DNA of 64,000 nucleotides from Lingula anatina. Its lineage: Eukaryota; Animalia; Brachiopoda. Positions 46,201 to 59,346 of this stretch are shown here, in pieces. Position 1 is the first letter of the stretch, and each line of letters opens with the position of its first letter. A program made the position numbers and the translations under genes. The notes beneath the pieces are model-generated. The model ran no database searches, was not told where the DNA came from, and saw nothing but the letters and a program-made list of their open reading frames with translations. The stretch spans positions 10,602,001 to 10,666,000 of the forward strand of contig CM120646.1 in NCBI GenBank assembly GCA_051362555.1, written 5' to 3'.

Positions 46201-46238
46201 AAAGCTTTCTGTCACTCTGTGACCTTCATCAGTGTCTG
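46201..46238 (-). ncRNA. Degenerate minimal hammerhead ribozyme motif (Penelope-type)
   Basis: Minus strand: CTGATGA-ag-GTCAC-aga-GTGAC-a-GAAA-GCTT. Stem I is poorly paired. Confidence 0.4.
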
Positions 46239-47966
46239 CTACCATGAGACTCGTATCAACAGATTACACAGATGAATTTCCATCAGAATAGGAATTAGGT
46301 CTGACTGGACATATTACCTATTGTTAAATTGATTAGTAATTGTCATAACTACAAATTGGAACTTAAAATGGCTTTGGAATCTATTTAATACATTGATGCA
46401 GTAAAATTCCAGGTTGGCTGTGCTTAGAAAACTGGGTGTATCCAGTGAGGAGTTGGGGTTACCTGTTGGGATCACCTCAGAACCTACATATCAGGTACCC
46501 TTTTCCCCCTCGATAATCCTCGTGCATTAGGGATAATTATAACTAATGATGGCCCATGGTGGAAACGGCTATTCAGTAGAAAAGTTGCACATAAACACTT
46601 TTAACTAATTCCTGAAAAACGCACAGGCAGTCATCAATGTTGCTCTTCGATGTTTGTACGTTGAATTGTGACGGATTCAAAAGTTACCTTTTTGCCCAAC
46701 GTACCTTTCAAACATGAAAGTCACTCGTTCTTGTCTCTATTTGCAGGTCACTTGAAAACTGGCCGTGATGCATGATTCCTCGCGGCAGCAGCGGGGTGGC
46801 ACAGGAATTGAATTCAGCGTCTCAAGACCGTATCCCTGTCATGAATTATGGTGACAACATGTAGAATGATTTAGCTGGCCAGGCATGACGTTTGATTCCG
46901 GACACGCTCAATATTCACGTGTCACAGTGTCGGGTTTCATGTCTAATGTATCGATTTCACTGTCATTCAAATTATCTGAAATCCTCAGTGACACGCCTGA
47001 CAAGACTGAAGTACAAACGATGAGCCTGGCAAGACTTAGGGACAAATTATTGTGTAATTGGAGTCATGAGTCACACTAAGAAATTTGAAAGTGAAGAAGA
47101 CTTGAGAGAAGGTGATATAAACAAACAATGAAACATTTCCTTTGTCTTACAAAGAGATGGGACAGTCCTGATATTATCTGAAATATGTGCAAAGAAATGC
47201 TCAGGTGTGGAATTTTTTATCAGTAGGTGTATAAATAAAGAATCGTTGTGAATGGGTGTTGCCAGTTTTGCTAAATCTGTGAGATTATTAAGAACAGGTT
47301 CGTAAAAACCAACTTGTGATACCTGTACGTTACTCGTTAGACACACACTAACATGAAATGGTTTTCATTCTGTGTCGGGTTTTTACGAATGCATTTTTTT
47401 TGGCGCAATCAAACAAAACTAACCGGGGGAAAGAAAACGTGAAATACGCTATGAAGCGCATTGTAACTTATCTAAAAGCAAAGTGGTTGTTACATAATAG
47501 ATATAAAAATTACTTAGATACGAAAATCAATATTATTTTGCAAAATGTCTCGTATTTACACGTTGAATTGTGACGGATTCTAAGTTAACTTTCGCTTAAC
47601 GTACCTTTCCAGCATGAAAGCCCTGATTTGTCAGGAGTGTTATGAATCTAATTTGACAATCTTACACATTTTTAACCAAGAATTTAATTAATCTTAGGCT
47701 ATGATGTCCATCTCTTACATTCCTTCAGGTGGCAAGAGTGATCCGTGTTAACGGTTGCTTAACACAATAGGAACCAAAGGTGGACATTTCAAGCAAAAAT
47801 TAAATTTTTTCAAATTTGTTAATGATCTACTTGATGAGATCGTCACATAAAGTTATTTGAACACTTTTGAAGATAATGAAATGATAATAGTAAGATTTTT
47901 AAAAAGACTGAAGAATTGAGGTGAATAAGTGTTTTCCTATGTCAAAAGTTGACCCATTTCCCTTAA

Positions 47967-48945
47967 AGGACAATGTTCATGTTAAAATCCATTTCTCGAA
48001 TTTTGAAGATACAGCACTCAATCTATACACTAGAGGTATGTTTTAATCGATCCCCTCCATTTAAAAATTATAAAAACAATCTATTAGTAGAAAAAAAAGC
48101 GTTTTAGTAAACCTCACCTAAATATGCAAAAATGAAGCAACAGATCTGGGTCACGTGGTACTGTGACGACAATCACGATAAAGGTCTATGAGACTCAACT
48201 GAGCTGCATGGTGCATACAGACGGAGAAGTTAAGGAAAGTTGTGTTGAACGGAGTTGAGGAATTTTCGTTATGCCTCGGTGTGTTGCCGTGGGATTCACC
48301 AAAATTCCAGCTCTCGTTCTTTGTCTGTGACGGTCTTCCGTGACTTACTTACTAACTTCGGTGACAATAGTTGCGATGCTCTAGATCATGGTCACCTCAG
48401 GTGGTTTAGATCATATCAAGAGCTGGTAGTCTTTCAGATTAACTGTCATCAGTTGGCAAACTTACTGATTGCTGATGCATTTTAAATGCATTGTAGTTGA
48501 CCAAAAGCTCGTTTACAACAAACCTGTTAATTATGCACCGCTGCAATTCCCAAGCCAGGTAATAACAGGTATGAAACTCGTCTTGGTGGGCTTTCATATT
48601 TTTCAATATATCTCATTTATTTCATGGGGTTATTTTATTGGTATTTGTAAATGACGTTAAATATCAATACTTAACAATTAAGTTCAAACACGGTCGCGAA
48701 CATTAATAAAAGAAATTGCTCTCAGGGTATCTTGAAGCTTCCGTGGAAGAAAACGTGTTGAGGAAAAACAGGAAAAAGAGCGTTATATTAAAGAAAAAAT
48801 GGGAACTGCTATAATAAAATGGTTCGTTATCCTAATTCGTTTATGCTTTGAGGATTTGTTTCTGAAGATTATTTCATCTGAAATATTAAATAATTTAAAA
48901 GATTGATTATTTTATAACTTGAAACGCAAATTCTGCGTCAGTACG

Positions 48946-48986
<41 letters not shown>

Positions 48987-50562
48987 AAATTTGTAAGCTT
49001 ATAACACCGTGCTATAAAGATCTACTCAAGAAAAAAAATTTGCTTGGGTAAAATTGAGTACGGAATGAACTGGAGACACTTGGCTTGTCATTAAGTTTAC
49101 ACGAAAATATGTCAGGTAACTTTATACTGTCTTTGAAAGAGTAAAGATTGAAAGATAATTTTAGAAAAACTTTGACGGGGGAAATACCTACAAAGAGTAA
49201 TGGGCTATTTCGCCAACATCTTGTTGAAAATTTTACACTGCAATTCTATTCAAATAAGCTAAGGAACTAATTGCCAAATTAATACCCTCATCACATAACA
49301 GGGGGTATCCAGACCTGCAAAAATTGTACGCACATATTTAAAAAGATTACAAGCACATACAGCAAAATGTAGACTTACGCAAAACATGAAGGACAGCGTA
49401 ATCACAGCAAATGTACCTTATATAGTAGCTTAATTTCCATTAATAATAAAATCATCATTTAAGTCAAAAATATTCTCGCGATTAAATAACTATTTTAATT
49501 TACCCAGAACGGTATATTTATTTTAAAGGCGGTTAACTGAAATATAGTTTTATGATTTGTTTGTGAAAATTGCCCATGTCACCCTGTTAGTTTGGAGGTC
49601 TAAGCTGGATCAAGTCCGTGTTAAAATTCCTATGAAGTTGTGCAGGAAAAATTCTTCCTTTCTTTCTCTAGCTCCTCGATAAACCTGGTGTTCAGATTTT
49701 ATCTAGTGCCCCCAGGTCTACGGGAGCTGCGCTTTGTAACTAACGCACAGGTAGATTTTTACCTGAGATAACTGGAGTATAGGTATAGGTATAGTTTATT
49801 GCCGAATCACCTTGACATAGGCATATAACCATAGAAAGTATAACATTTGTGGTAGGTGGAGGTGGCAACCACTGTTGACATATTGGAGTACCTAAAAAAA
49901 AGCTTAGATAGAGAGTGCGTTCGATACAAGCAAGACAAATTGAATGCCATTTAACCCTCTAATTAAGAGGTAAAGGAAGTTCCAGTTAGATGGATGATTA
50001 AGATAGGACTTGTAAAGGTAACGGGCATTGTTTACCTCAGTTTAATAAAAGTATGCAAGACGGAGTGTCAGCGGTTTAATAAAATAAATTGAATTTCACA
50101 AATAACATGGACCTCATATGCAATAATCAACATTTCCCTTAACTCATTCAAATGCAGTGTTTTATACAACTTGGGATAACCATAATGAAATGCGTGTTAA
50201 AGAAATGACTAGACGGGAAATGGTTTTACACAGCTTCACGAGGATTTAGACCCCTCGGGTAAGAGATTTGAATGAGTATAAACTTTTATCAGAAGCCAGA
50301 GAAGTCATCTTACAGGTAGACAATGCAGCTCAGTTTGACAGCTAAGCACGCTCTGTTCTCCAGTGGCTCGATTGTCGTCATCGGACCACGTGACCACGTA
50401 GCTCATTAACTCACAGGCCGAGCAAATAGGACGTTTTTTAAAGCCAAAAATTTACAAAATGAGCCTTTAATTTGTGTATTTGGATAAAGATATCGTTAGT
50501 TGGGCATGTTTTCTGAAGAATATGTTCCGTTCAGGCCATTCTGACGGCATGAAGCAAACCCT
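47967..50562. mobile_element. Probable Kolobok-type non-autonomous DNA transposon
   Basis: TTAA on both flanks (47963-66, 50563-66) and imperfect AGG...TTCATG termini. Subterminal inverted repeats ggtcacgtggt..tgacgacaatc..aactgagctgcat (about 48148-48208 versus 50322-50396). THAP-like start MPRCVAVG at 48271. Confidence 0.5.
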
Positions 50563-51145
50563 TTAACTTTGCATCAGTAACCAACGGGCAATTTAGAGTT
50601 GCACGGGACTTGAAGAACGGTCTTGCTGAATACAGCCAGAATCGATCACAAGGCCCTTTCCCAACCCCTACAACCTACAGTCCTGACACCTGTTTGTGAA
50701 AACTACTTGACAATATTATCCAGTACGTATGTTCCAGTCCTTAAGTTTTATTAGTTCAAGAGCTGCAATAGGAAATATTCTCGCTCTATTGGTTGTCGTT
50801 TTTCCTGCCCTTCATTCAGACATGTATTGCAACGTTACAGGTTCATTATTCACTTTGATGAGTTTATTAATTATCAAGAAAATGATAAATAGTATACACA
50901 TACAGCTGCTTTATATTGTTGTTTTGTTTGTCGTTTAAAGATTCTTTCAGTGCTTGCGGGATATCTGTACAAACAAAAAGGCATGTTCTGCTTGAATGCC
51001 GAATGACAACTAAGAGAGCAGTATGGACTCAACATTAATAGCAGGGACGGATCCAGCATTACTTGAAGGGTTATTAGAAAGGACAAGACGCGGATGCAAA
51101 GCCGCCGCCCCCCCCCCTCTATTTTAGAGGTGCCATTTGATACGG

Positions 51146-51146
51146 T

Positions 51147-51195
<49 letters not shown>

Positions 51196-51240
51196 TTTTT
51201 ATTTTATGTATTTATTTATTTTTTTTTTTTTTTTTGAAGA
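51146..51240. repeat. (TTTA)n microsatellite and poly-T
   Basis: Directly visible. Confidence 0.9.
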
Positions 51241-51663
51241 AGAAGAAGAAGAAGCTTATATGTGATTATGGTGATGATGTGGTAAACGTGCCTGTAAATG
51301 AAATTAATTAGGGGATTATGGGGACTTAATTGCGGAAGTTGCCCCTCTCCCAAAACCTGGGCTTCATAAAAGTTTTGATAAAGTACTTTATTTTCGAGAT
51401 AGTCTGATACATACATCAATGTTTTATATTTATTCCGTCTTTGAGTAACAGCAACCAAATTCTTTAAAGTATTCCATTGATGGCCTCAGAGGAGTCTGGA
51501 TTTGCTGGCATATGTAACTATAAACAGTTGAAAGTCATGTAATAAAATAATCAAATGGAATAAAATAAATGATAAAAGAAAAAGTGTCTATCAAGATATG
51601 GAAAAATAAGTTTTACCTTAGAAATATGCAGTCATTGAATTAATATATGCCGTTCTATTGACC

Positions 51664-51900
51664 AAAAAAAGCACTCCGAGAGCGCAGACCTCCGCCAAGG
51701 CAGCAATTTTTGATTATGATTGATTATTGATTGATTATTGATCTGGATCACCATCTGGATCATCATCTCTTCCTTGGCCCACTTCTGACAGTTCCTGAAA
51801 ATTTCATCAAAATCGGTCCATAACTTTTTGAGTTATGTTGATGGCAGACAAACAGACAGACAAACAGGGGTGAAAACATAACCTTGGCCGAGGTAATAAA
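51664..51900 (-). mobile_element. Helentron-associated interspersed element (HINE/DINE-1-like)
   Basis: Minus strand: 5' tttattacctcggccaagg subTIR, (GTTT/GTCT)n microsatellite, 3' ccttggcggaggt subTIR, terminal hairpin gcgctc-tcg-gagtgc, T-rich flanks. Confidence 0.75.
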
Positions 51901-54900
51901 TGTCATAATCATTACAATTATTCACTAGCTCATTTATTTATTTATTTATTTATTTATTTATTAATTTATAAAATAATTTACCTATATCTGAAGCACTTGT
52001 TTTGGTTGAAACAAGGTCTCTCTCTCCCGTGTTGACTAGAACAGATAAGTTATCAAACCATCAACCACATATTTATTAAATTCCATGTCATTTACTCTAA
52101 TGGGTAAAATTCATTTGTATAAAAATATCCAAACAATCAACAGATCACTTTCTCGATAGAATTAAAGATTAGGAGGCTTTCAGCTGACGATGGACTGTTT
52201 ACAAAAATGCGCGTGAAAGGCATAAAATCCATGTAAAATAAGAATAAATACTTTTTCGTTTTTTTAGTTAAAATTCAAATGTTGGCTGTCGTTCTCCCCA
52301 GGACGTTGAAATAGCCTGCACAAGTAAGAGAATCATGGCGACAACCGGTAGAAATTCGTATCACCTGTTTTTTTTTGTTTTTTTTTTTTTTTGTTTTTTT
52401 TTTGTCTAATGAGTCCATAGTGGGTGCCTGGGCGGAGGGGGGGTGGGGTGCACAATATAAAAATAGTGCTGATAAAAGAGTTCTGACCACAAATCGATCT
52501 TCACACATAGATTTTGATCCTCTCTAGGTGACCACAAGACAATGCTGTGTTCATCATGTAAGGTTGATTTTATACCACAGAAATTCACTTCCTTACAATC
52601 ACCAAAAATCTCACCTAGACCCTGTCAAACAAAGGCACATTTCCAATTTAATTCTTTTCGATTCTGAAAAATTATAATCTTTGACATATTCTATTGCTAG
52701 ATACAGATCTTTTCCTATACTATTTTTGGTATTTAGAGAGGGCGAACGGTGTCATTTGGTACGGCTTAGAACAATGAATCAGCTGGTCAAAATTCTAATT
52801 CAAGAGGGGACCAATGTTGTGATTTTTATCAAAAATCGAAGGGAGGGGGGGGGGGGGGGGGCAAGACCCCCCCTTAAATTCCCCCGCCCCCTAAATCCGC
52901 CACTGTTTTCCTACAGCACACTGTAATAGCTGATGACAAACACAAAACACCGCAGTGCGTCAGGAGGGCGCCAGGGAGCGATGCGCTGCAAACGACACAT
53001 TACATTCACAAATGGAGGTGAAGGCTATCTAAGGAAATGTGTATTTACTCATATATAAAATGTGGTGCAAGGAAGTTGTTAGCTTCCAACCTCACTTGTT
53101 GATGTTTACAAACAAACTTGAGTTTATAGGCCTATACAACCTAAGAACAGGCCTATTTCCGCACTTAAACATTGAGAGAAGTCTAAAAAACGCATTATGA
53201 CACGATCAAAAAATTTAATTGTTTAATGAAAAATGTAATTTTGACACAGGTCAAGGCGGTATTAAGTTTAATGTAGTTGTGTATCACAAACGTTATTAAG
53301 CACGCAATCGGATGATTATCAATTTACACAATTACAAGTTGTCTTAAAATTTTCACTGTGAACCTCTACGAAAAGGAACTGTAGTGGCCAACAAGATTTT
53401 CATTTCTGAAACCCTTTAACTTCTGAAGATTTTGACTGTTATGGTAACCATTTTTTTCTCGGTCTTCGCCTTATTTTTCGCTTCAAAGACAAAAGAGAGA
53501 GAGAAAATGTCCCAATAAAATTCAACCTTATAGAACACAAATAAATAGAAATGCAGTCAAAATTTTAATGGTTTGCCGATATCCATTTTCACTCACTTGA
53601 AAACCTTAGACACGCATTTTTTCAACCTATATATAATAATTATAATCGTATATCTTAGGCGTGCGATTTTCACCCAAAAGTCGTGTCGTCTGCAAAGTGC
53701 GGGGTCAGCGCAACCCTGAGGCACATTTACTATTTGTTCCTCATTCATGCAATGATTGCGTTAGTGCAGAAAATTTCTTTCTCGCCAGATGACGAGTGAA
53801 AACTTTGATAAGATTTTTTTAATCACCTTCAAGATCATCAAGTCATCAAGACCATCACCATTACAGATCTCTGATATGAACATCACTTCCGGCCCGGTCT
53901 TATATTACTTTAGGGGACTTAATTTGCATATAAGAGAATAAATGCATTTTTTTCTGATTCTGGCTCGTCTCCGATTTTTTCATTATTTTCAGAAACTAAT
54001 GTCCTCTTTTGCTCAAAAATTGGAATACTTTTGATCCCAATGCACTGTTTGAAAATCATGTAATTAGAAATAACTTTTATATCACAGACGTGTATCACGT
54101 TTTCACTCTACAGCCATAAAACTCGTTAGCTGCATGGGTATAAAAGTAGGTCAATTGCCTGTATAAAATTGCCATACGATTATTGATTTTTTAGTGTGGA
54201 CCGTTTTAGGGGGAAGACCGTAGTGGGAGATGTATTAAGGTGCTAGCAAAATGTTTGTGTCGCATGGGGTTACTGAAAGCAGATTATATTGCAAAGATTA
54301 TATTGCAAAGAGAGTAAAAGTAGCCTACACCTCCAGCTTTACCACTGGCAATACCATGGAGGACTTTATAGATGCCACGGTCCCCCTCTATTTCATCTGA
54401 CTCTCCCTAAAATTTTATGGACCGCGTTAACTGTTCAGCTCCCGGGAAGCGCGGAGCATCCAGCGTGGTGGCAGACGCAGGTGCTCTGCAGACGGCACAT
54501 GCATTCACAAGAGGGGGTAAAGGTTTTGTAGGAAAATGTATTTAATTACATCCGGGAATAACGTGATAAAGGAAAGAAATATGACTTATTTGAATTTATA
54601 TTGATCAAAGATACTGGTATTTCTACTCAAAATTGACAGAATAAAAAAAATGCAAATGGAGATAACCTATCTCCCCTCAGAACCATTCCAAGGCATATCC
54701 TATCCGCGAGCTTTTGACCTACTTTCTAATGGCTTTCGCACTCCTGTACACGCTGAGTTTGTGTGGTAGAAAGCGGGGCGAGGGGTGGGTGGGGGGGGGG
54801 GGGGGAGCGAATTTATACTATAGCATAATTTTTTGGCTCATGAACAGTATTACACACAGGTAGATTATTCGACCTAAGTATATGTTTTTTTTACATGTTT

Positions 54901-55176
54901 TATTTTATACAATAAAACATTTTATTTTAAAAGATAGACCTGAATTGAGGGCGTTGTCAACAGGGAAGAGAAGTTTTTTATCCAAGCCCACAGTTGTTGA
55001 TTATGCTGGTCTGCACATTCCGTACTTCATTTAATTATAATTTTGATCTGGTTCGTTTTCTTTTGCGATGATTTAGTTAGGACAAACAGTGAACCGACGT
55101 ACAATATTTAACTTCAAGCATTGGATTTGGCCGCCCCCTCCCCTTCCCTCCCTCTCTCTTTGTCTCTCCCTCCCCC

Positions 55177-55177
<1 letters not shown>

Positions 55178-55215
<38 letters not shown>

Positions 55216-55222
55216 CGCGCGC
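55178..55222. repeat. (TC)n(TG)n(CG)n compound microsatellite
   Basis: Directly visible. Confidence 0.9.
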
Positions 55223-55646
55223 GTGTGTATGTGTGTCTAATGTATGTGTAGGGGAGAGTGTATGTAGTTTTCACGTAGTCTTGCCATGCCTTGACAAGGT
55301 ACCGATATCATTAAAAAAATAATTGTAACGCGTTTTTCATATTGGCTTCAAAATCACGGGTTTGTATTTGCTTGAAGCTGCAATTGTCGTTCAGATTTCA
55401 TTTTTAACTTAAAATTATCCTTCCATTTTTTTTCTTTAATACTGAATAGTAAAATTTGTGATTTTCAGGTAACAACTGCTTTGTTATAGATAGGATTTGT
55501 TAATGATTCTCTAAATTAGTGGCAATAGGCTACTGCTAACAAGAATGTTTTGAATCCGTTCTGTAGCTTTCTCTAGCGCGATATTTTCTACGTTTAATAC
55601 ACTCCTATTTACGGTTTTAATATGCACTGTTTAAAGGACTGAAGTA

Positions 55647-58207
55647 GGGGAGACCGGGGTTAGTTGGCCCAGTTAGACACTTTTGGTCTTGTAGAGTCAA
55701 CTGGGCACGAGTGAGAGTAACGAAAGTGGTTTTGAAGTAAGTACCATAAAGTAAGCTACGTATGCAACTTCACTATTTTTCAAATATAATGCCGGACGGC
55801 TCACAATTTGACGAAAAACGCTATTCAGGTTGGGGGGGGGGGGGGGGAGGGGGGGGGGTCAACTTGAGGCAGATATATTGAGGTTTCTATACGTTACGTT
55901 GTATGTGTTGTAAGAACCAAAATATCTATTAATTAAACTTGTTTTAATTAAGAATAAGCTAATAATGGTATTTTAAAAGCAGGTTTTTAATGGTTTTTAA
56001 AAACGAATAATAAATTTTCGTTTTAAAAGAAACTAACAAATTCAGTCTTAAACTGGTAATTATTTAACAAACCACTAACTTTGCCTTAACATTGGTCTAT
56101 AGCTCTGTGGATTGTGGTCTATATGAGGGTCCAACTTGCCCAGAGCCAAGGGGCCAACTAGCCCCAGGTGCACAATTTTTATGGACAGACACAGATGTGT
56201 CTGTACATATTGCCATCACCTGCGTCTGTCGTCGCCGTCGTCGCCGGCGCCGTGCACTTTCAGCGTAAACACGCTAAGTGGAAGGCAGTTTTACTTTTTG
56301 GCTTTATATTTACAGAGCTGATGAATATTCATAAAACGCAGGTCAAGTTCGAAAATCAGCATGATCGGGCCATTATTGTAGAAGTTATAATGTTTTTTTG
56401 TTTTTTTTTTTTCACTTTTCAGCATATATGCAACACTGTAAACACATTTCAAGAAAAACCGATAGGCCTGTTGTCATGAAACTCACAGGAGTAATCAATC
56501 TTACTAAAATGCAGGTCAAGTTCGAAAATGGGCATGATCGGGCCAGTATTTTAGTAGTTATGCTGTTTTTTCACTTTTCAGCATATATGCAACACTGTAA
56601 ACACAATATAAGAAAAACAGATTGACCAATTGTCATTAAACTCACAGGAGTGGTCAATCTTACTAACACGCAAGTCAAGTTCGAAAATCGGCTTGATCGG
56701 GCCAGTATTTTAGTAGTTATGCTGTTTTTTCACTTTTCAGCATATATGCAACACTGTAAACACAATATAAGAAAAACAGATTGGCCAATTGTCATTAAAC
56801 TCACAGGAGTGGTCAATCTTACTAACACGCAGGTTGAGTTCGAAAATCAGCATAATCGGGCCATTATTTGAGAAGTTATGCTGTTTTTTTTTTTCTCATT
56901 TCCTCAGATTCAATTCTCAGGCATGTTAACAGTCTCATTATTTAACTAATAAGATACGTAAAAGTGTTTGTTTGACATTTCCTGCATCTTTACAACATTG
57001 TTAGTTGATTATGTAAAAATGATGGTAAACTTGTTATCGTGTATTGTGTAATAAAGTTTCAAAAATGGAAATAAACTCATATCATTGCAGTTTGTCAGAT
57101 TCAATCATTCACTAGGTTCAGAATCTCAGAATGGAGGAAATTGGACATTTAACACTGATCTATTGATATTTTCCCCATCTCATCAATTTTCTTAGTTGAT
57201 CATATAAAAATGGCAGTAAACTGTTAATTTTGTTTTATGTTAAAAAATTGTTAAAAATTGGGAAAAACATTCAGAACAGTGCTGTCTTGTTTACATTTTG
57301 GCATTTTCAAGGTGTGACTTTGAAGTTCGGTGGCCATGAAGACCTTTGCTAGTCACATTTTCTGAATATCCATGATACTAATATTTCATTATTTAAAATA
57401 GATGGTCATTATGCTGTTAAACATCATGTAATATTGCATAAAAATAGAAGAAAACACAATTTTGGGTGCTGCTGCCATGATGACCATTATGGGAAAACCG
57501 TGTTACTTATTATTATTTTTAACTTACATTTTTAGGATTGGCTTGCAGTTCAAATTAGAAAGCCAGCTCAATTGGGTTATCATTTATTATTGAATTTATG
57601 CAATTTTGTGTGAAATTTACATTTTTATCAATCTGGCATTTTCAAAGTGTGAACTTGAACTCCCATGGGCCTGAAGCCTTATGCTTGTTACACATTTTAC
57701 TTACATTGGTATTACCTGTTGAGCATAATTAAAATTTGATGTTGAATTTGCAGTTAAGCATAATGTACTTTTGCATCAGAATTGACAGCAGCCTATTTTG
57801 TACATTGTTATTTTCTTCTTTTTGTCTGTACATTTGACAGCTTTGCTGCCTTGCTATATTAAAGGATTGCAGCTGTTTATGGTGCAAGAATGGACTGCGT
57901 GAAAACATTTTTCTAAAATTTCAAACAATTAGTTTTAGTTTGATGCCCTATACGTATACTTTACTCGATCAATTGCATATGAAAATAGATTTTTAATTCT
58001 CTCAAACAAAATAACTTTTAGGTGCAAAAATCGTTTATTTGGACTCACCGCTTAAGTAAAATTTTTAACGTCCGACACTTCCTTAGCATTGAAGGCTACG
58101 GCCACTTTACAAGAGTATGTGGCCAATTTTTTAAAAATCGTAGTTACTTTTTCATAAATTGACGGGGGGCCAACATACCCTGCGGTCCAACTAGCCCCGG
58201 TCTACGC
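55647..58207 (+). mobile_element. TA-flanked non-autonomous DNA transposon (Tc1/mariner-pogo-like) carrying a nested Helentron-type insert
   Basis: 24-bp TIRs with 4 mismatches (ggggagaccggggttagttggccc / ggtccaactagccccggtctacgc). TA at 55645-46 and 58208-09. Second copy at 28466-29340. Confidence 0.7.
56178..57855 (+). mobile_element. Helentron-associated element (HINE) with central 159-bp tandem repeats
   Basis: Inserted in a T-run. 5' subTIR and inverted repeat atggacagacaca..gtgtctgtacat; (GTC)-rich microsatellite; about 3.4 units starting at 56338, 56511, 56670 and 56829; 3' subTIR tgtctgtacat (57823-33); terminal hairpin gacagc-ttt-gctgcc. Confidence 0.75.
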
Positions 58208-58804
58208 TATGATGGTGATGAAGATGAACGTGCCGAGATTTAGCGTATATTCGAAATGATAATAGACAAAATAATTTTCAGATTTAATTAAAGTTCAGTT
58301 TATTTTCCATGAAAGTTGTCCGATATCTTATTGATTCATGAGCCGATATATGGGTTACAACATCTACTTTATGTCCGAGTGGCAACAGCAGCTGTTCACG
58401 ATTCACTGCCAGAGACTTTGTGCTTGTCTTGCTTGTATCTGTAATAAAAATACAAGTGTAGATAACTGATAGCTATGTACGGTAATAGAAATAATAATAA
58501 GAAAAAGAAGAAGAAACGAAAACGATAGAAAACTGTCTTACGTCCTGTTCGAAACTTAAAGCACCACCGCATCACAAACAGTCACCGTTTTAAAAGGACA
58601 CATACAAGTATGCGACACAAGACAAAGACGGATTGTCGAGCAGAAGTTCATAAAAATATCAAAGGCTTTAAAAAATATTATCCTTGTTTTATTGTTACGG
58701 AATCTTCAAGACGTTAACCTTTATTGCGCACTTTTAATTTCCCGTCCCTTTTGCAGTATACGTCACGTATCCTAGTAGTCTGCTTAATTGTTTATTTTTA
58801 TTTT

Positions 58805-58842
58805 GGTCCCTGAAGAAGGCTCACAAGCCGAAAGCTCGAGCA
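58805..58842 (+). ncRNA. Minimal hammerhead ribozyme motif, probably in a Penelope-like terminal-repeat remnant
   Basis: CTGAAGA (58810-16)-a-GGC-tcacaa-GCC-GAAA (58830-33)-GCTC, with palindromic AGCT stem III. Stem I is weak. Confidence 0.5.
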
Positions 58843-59038
58843 TTTTTCACCTTTCATAGTTAACCTGTATAGATGCGTTTTTAGTGTAATTTTTTTACGT
58901 AAAGATACGGAAGAGGCGTATGCAAAATATGTAGTTTTATTTATCAGCCATAACAGTTAATTATCATAAAAGAGGTCTGTTATTTGATTCTGGTTCGATG
59001 ACCAATTGGTTGTGAATGAGGCCAGAGACAACCTCAAA

Positions 59039-59078
59039 GAGAGAGAGAGAGAGAGAGAATGAGAGAGAGGAGAAGAGC

Positions 59079-59110
<32 letters not shown>
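59039..59110. repeat. Interrupted (GA)n microsatellite
   Basis: Directly visible. Confidence 0.9.
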
Positions 59111-59112
<2 letters not shown>

Positions 59113-59315
59113 CTACACTCTACCAGAGTCACAGACAGATTTTTCATTGAATATTCACAGATAAAATGTAAAGATGTCTTTAGTAATTTTTAAAGAAAGA
59201 TTATTGTTTATGATTTGAACGCAAAGGACGACCGCGTTAGTTACGTTATATAAAAGCTATCATCTGAGTCCTCAAGGGAGTCGAACTTCCAACACGGAGG
59301 TACTTTGGGTAGATC

Positions 59316-59346
<31 letters not shown>

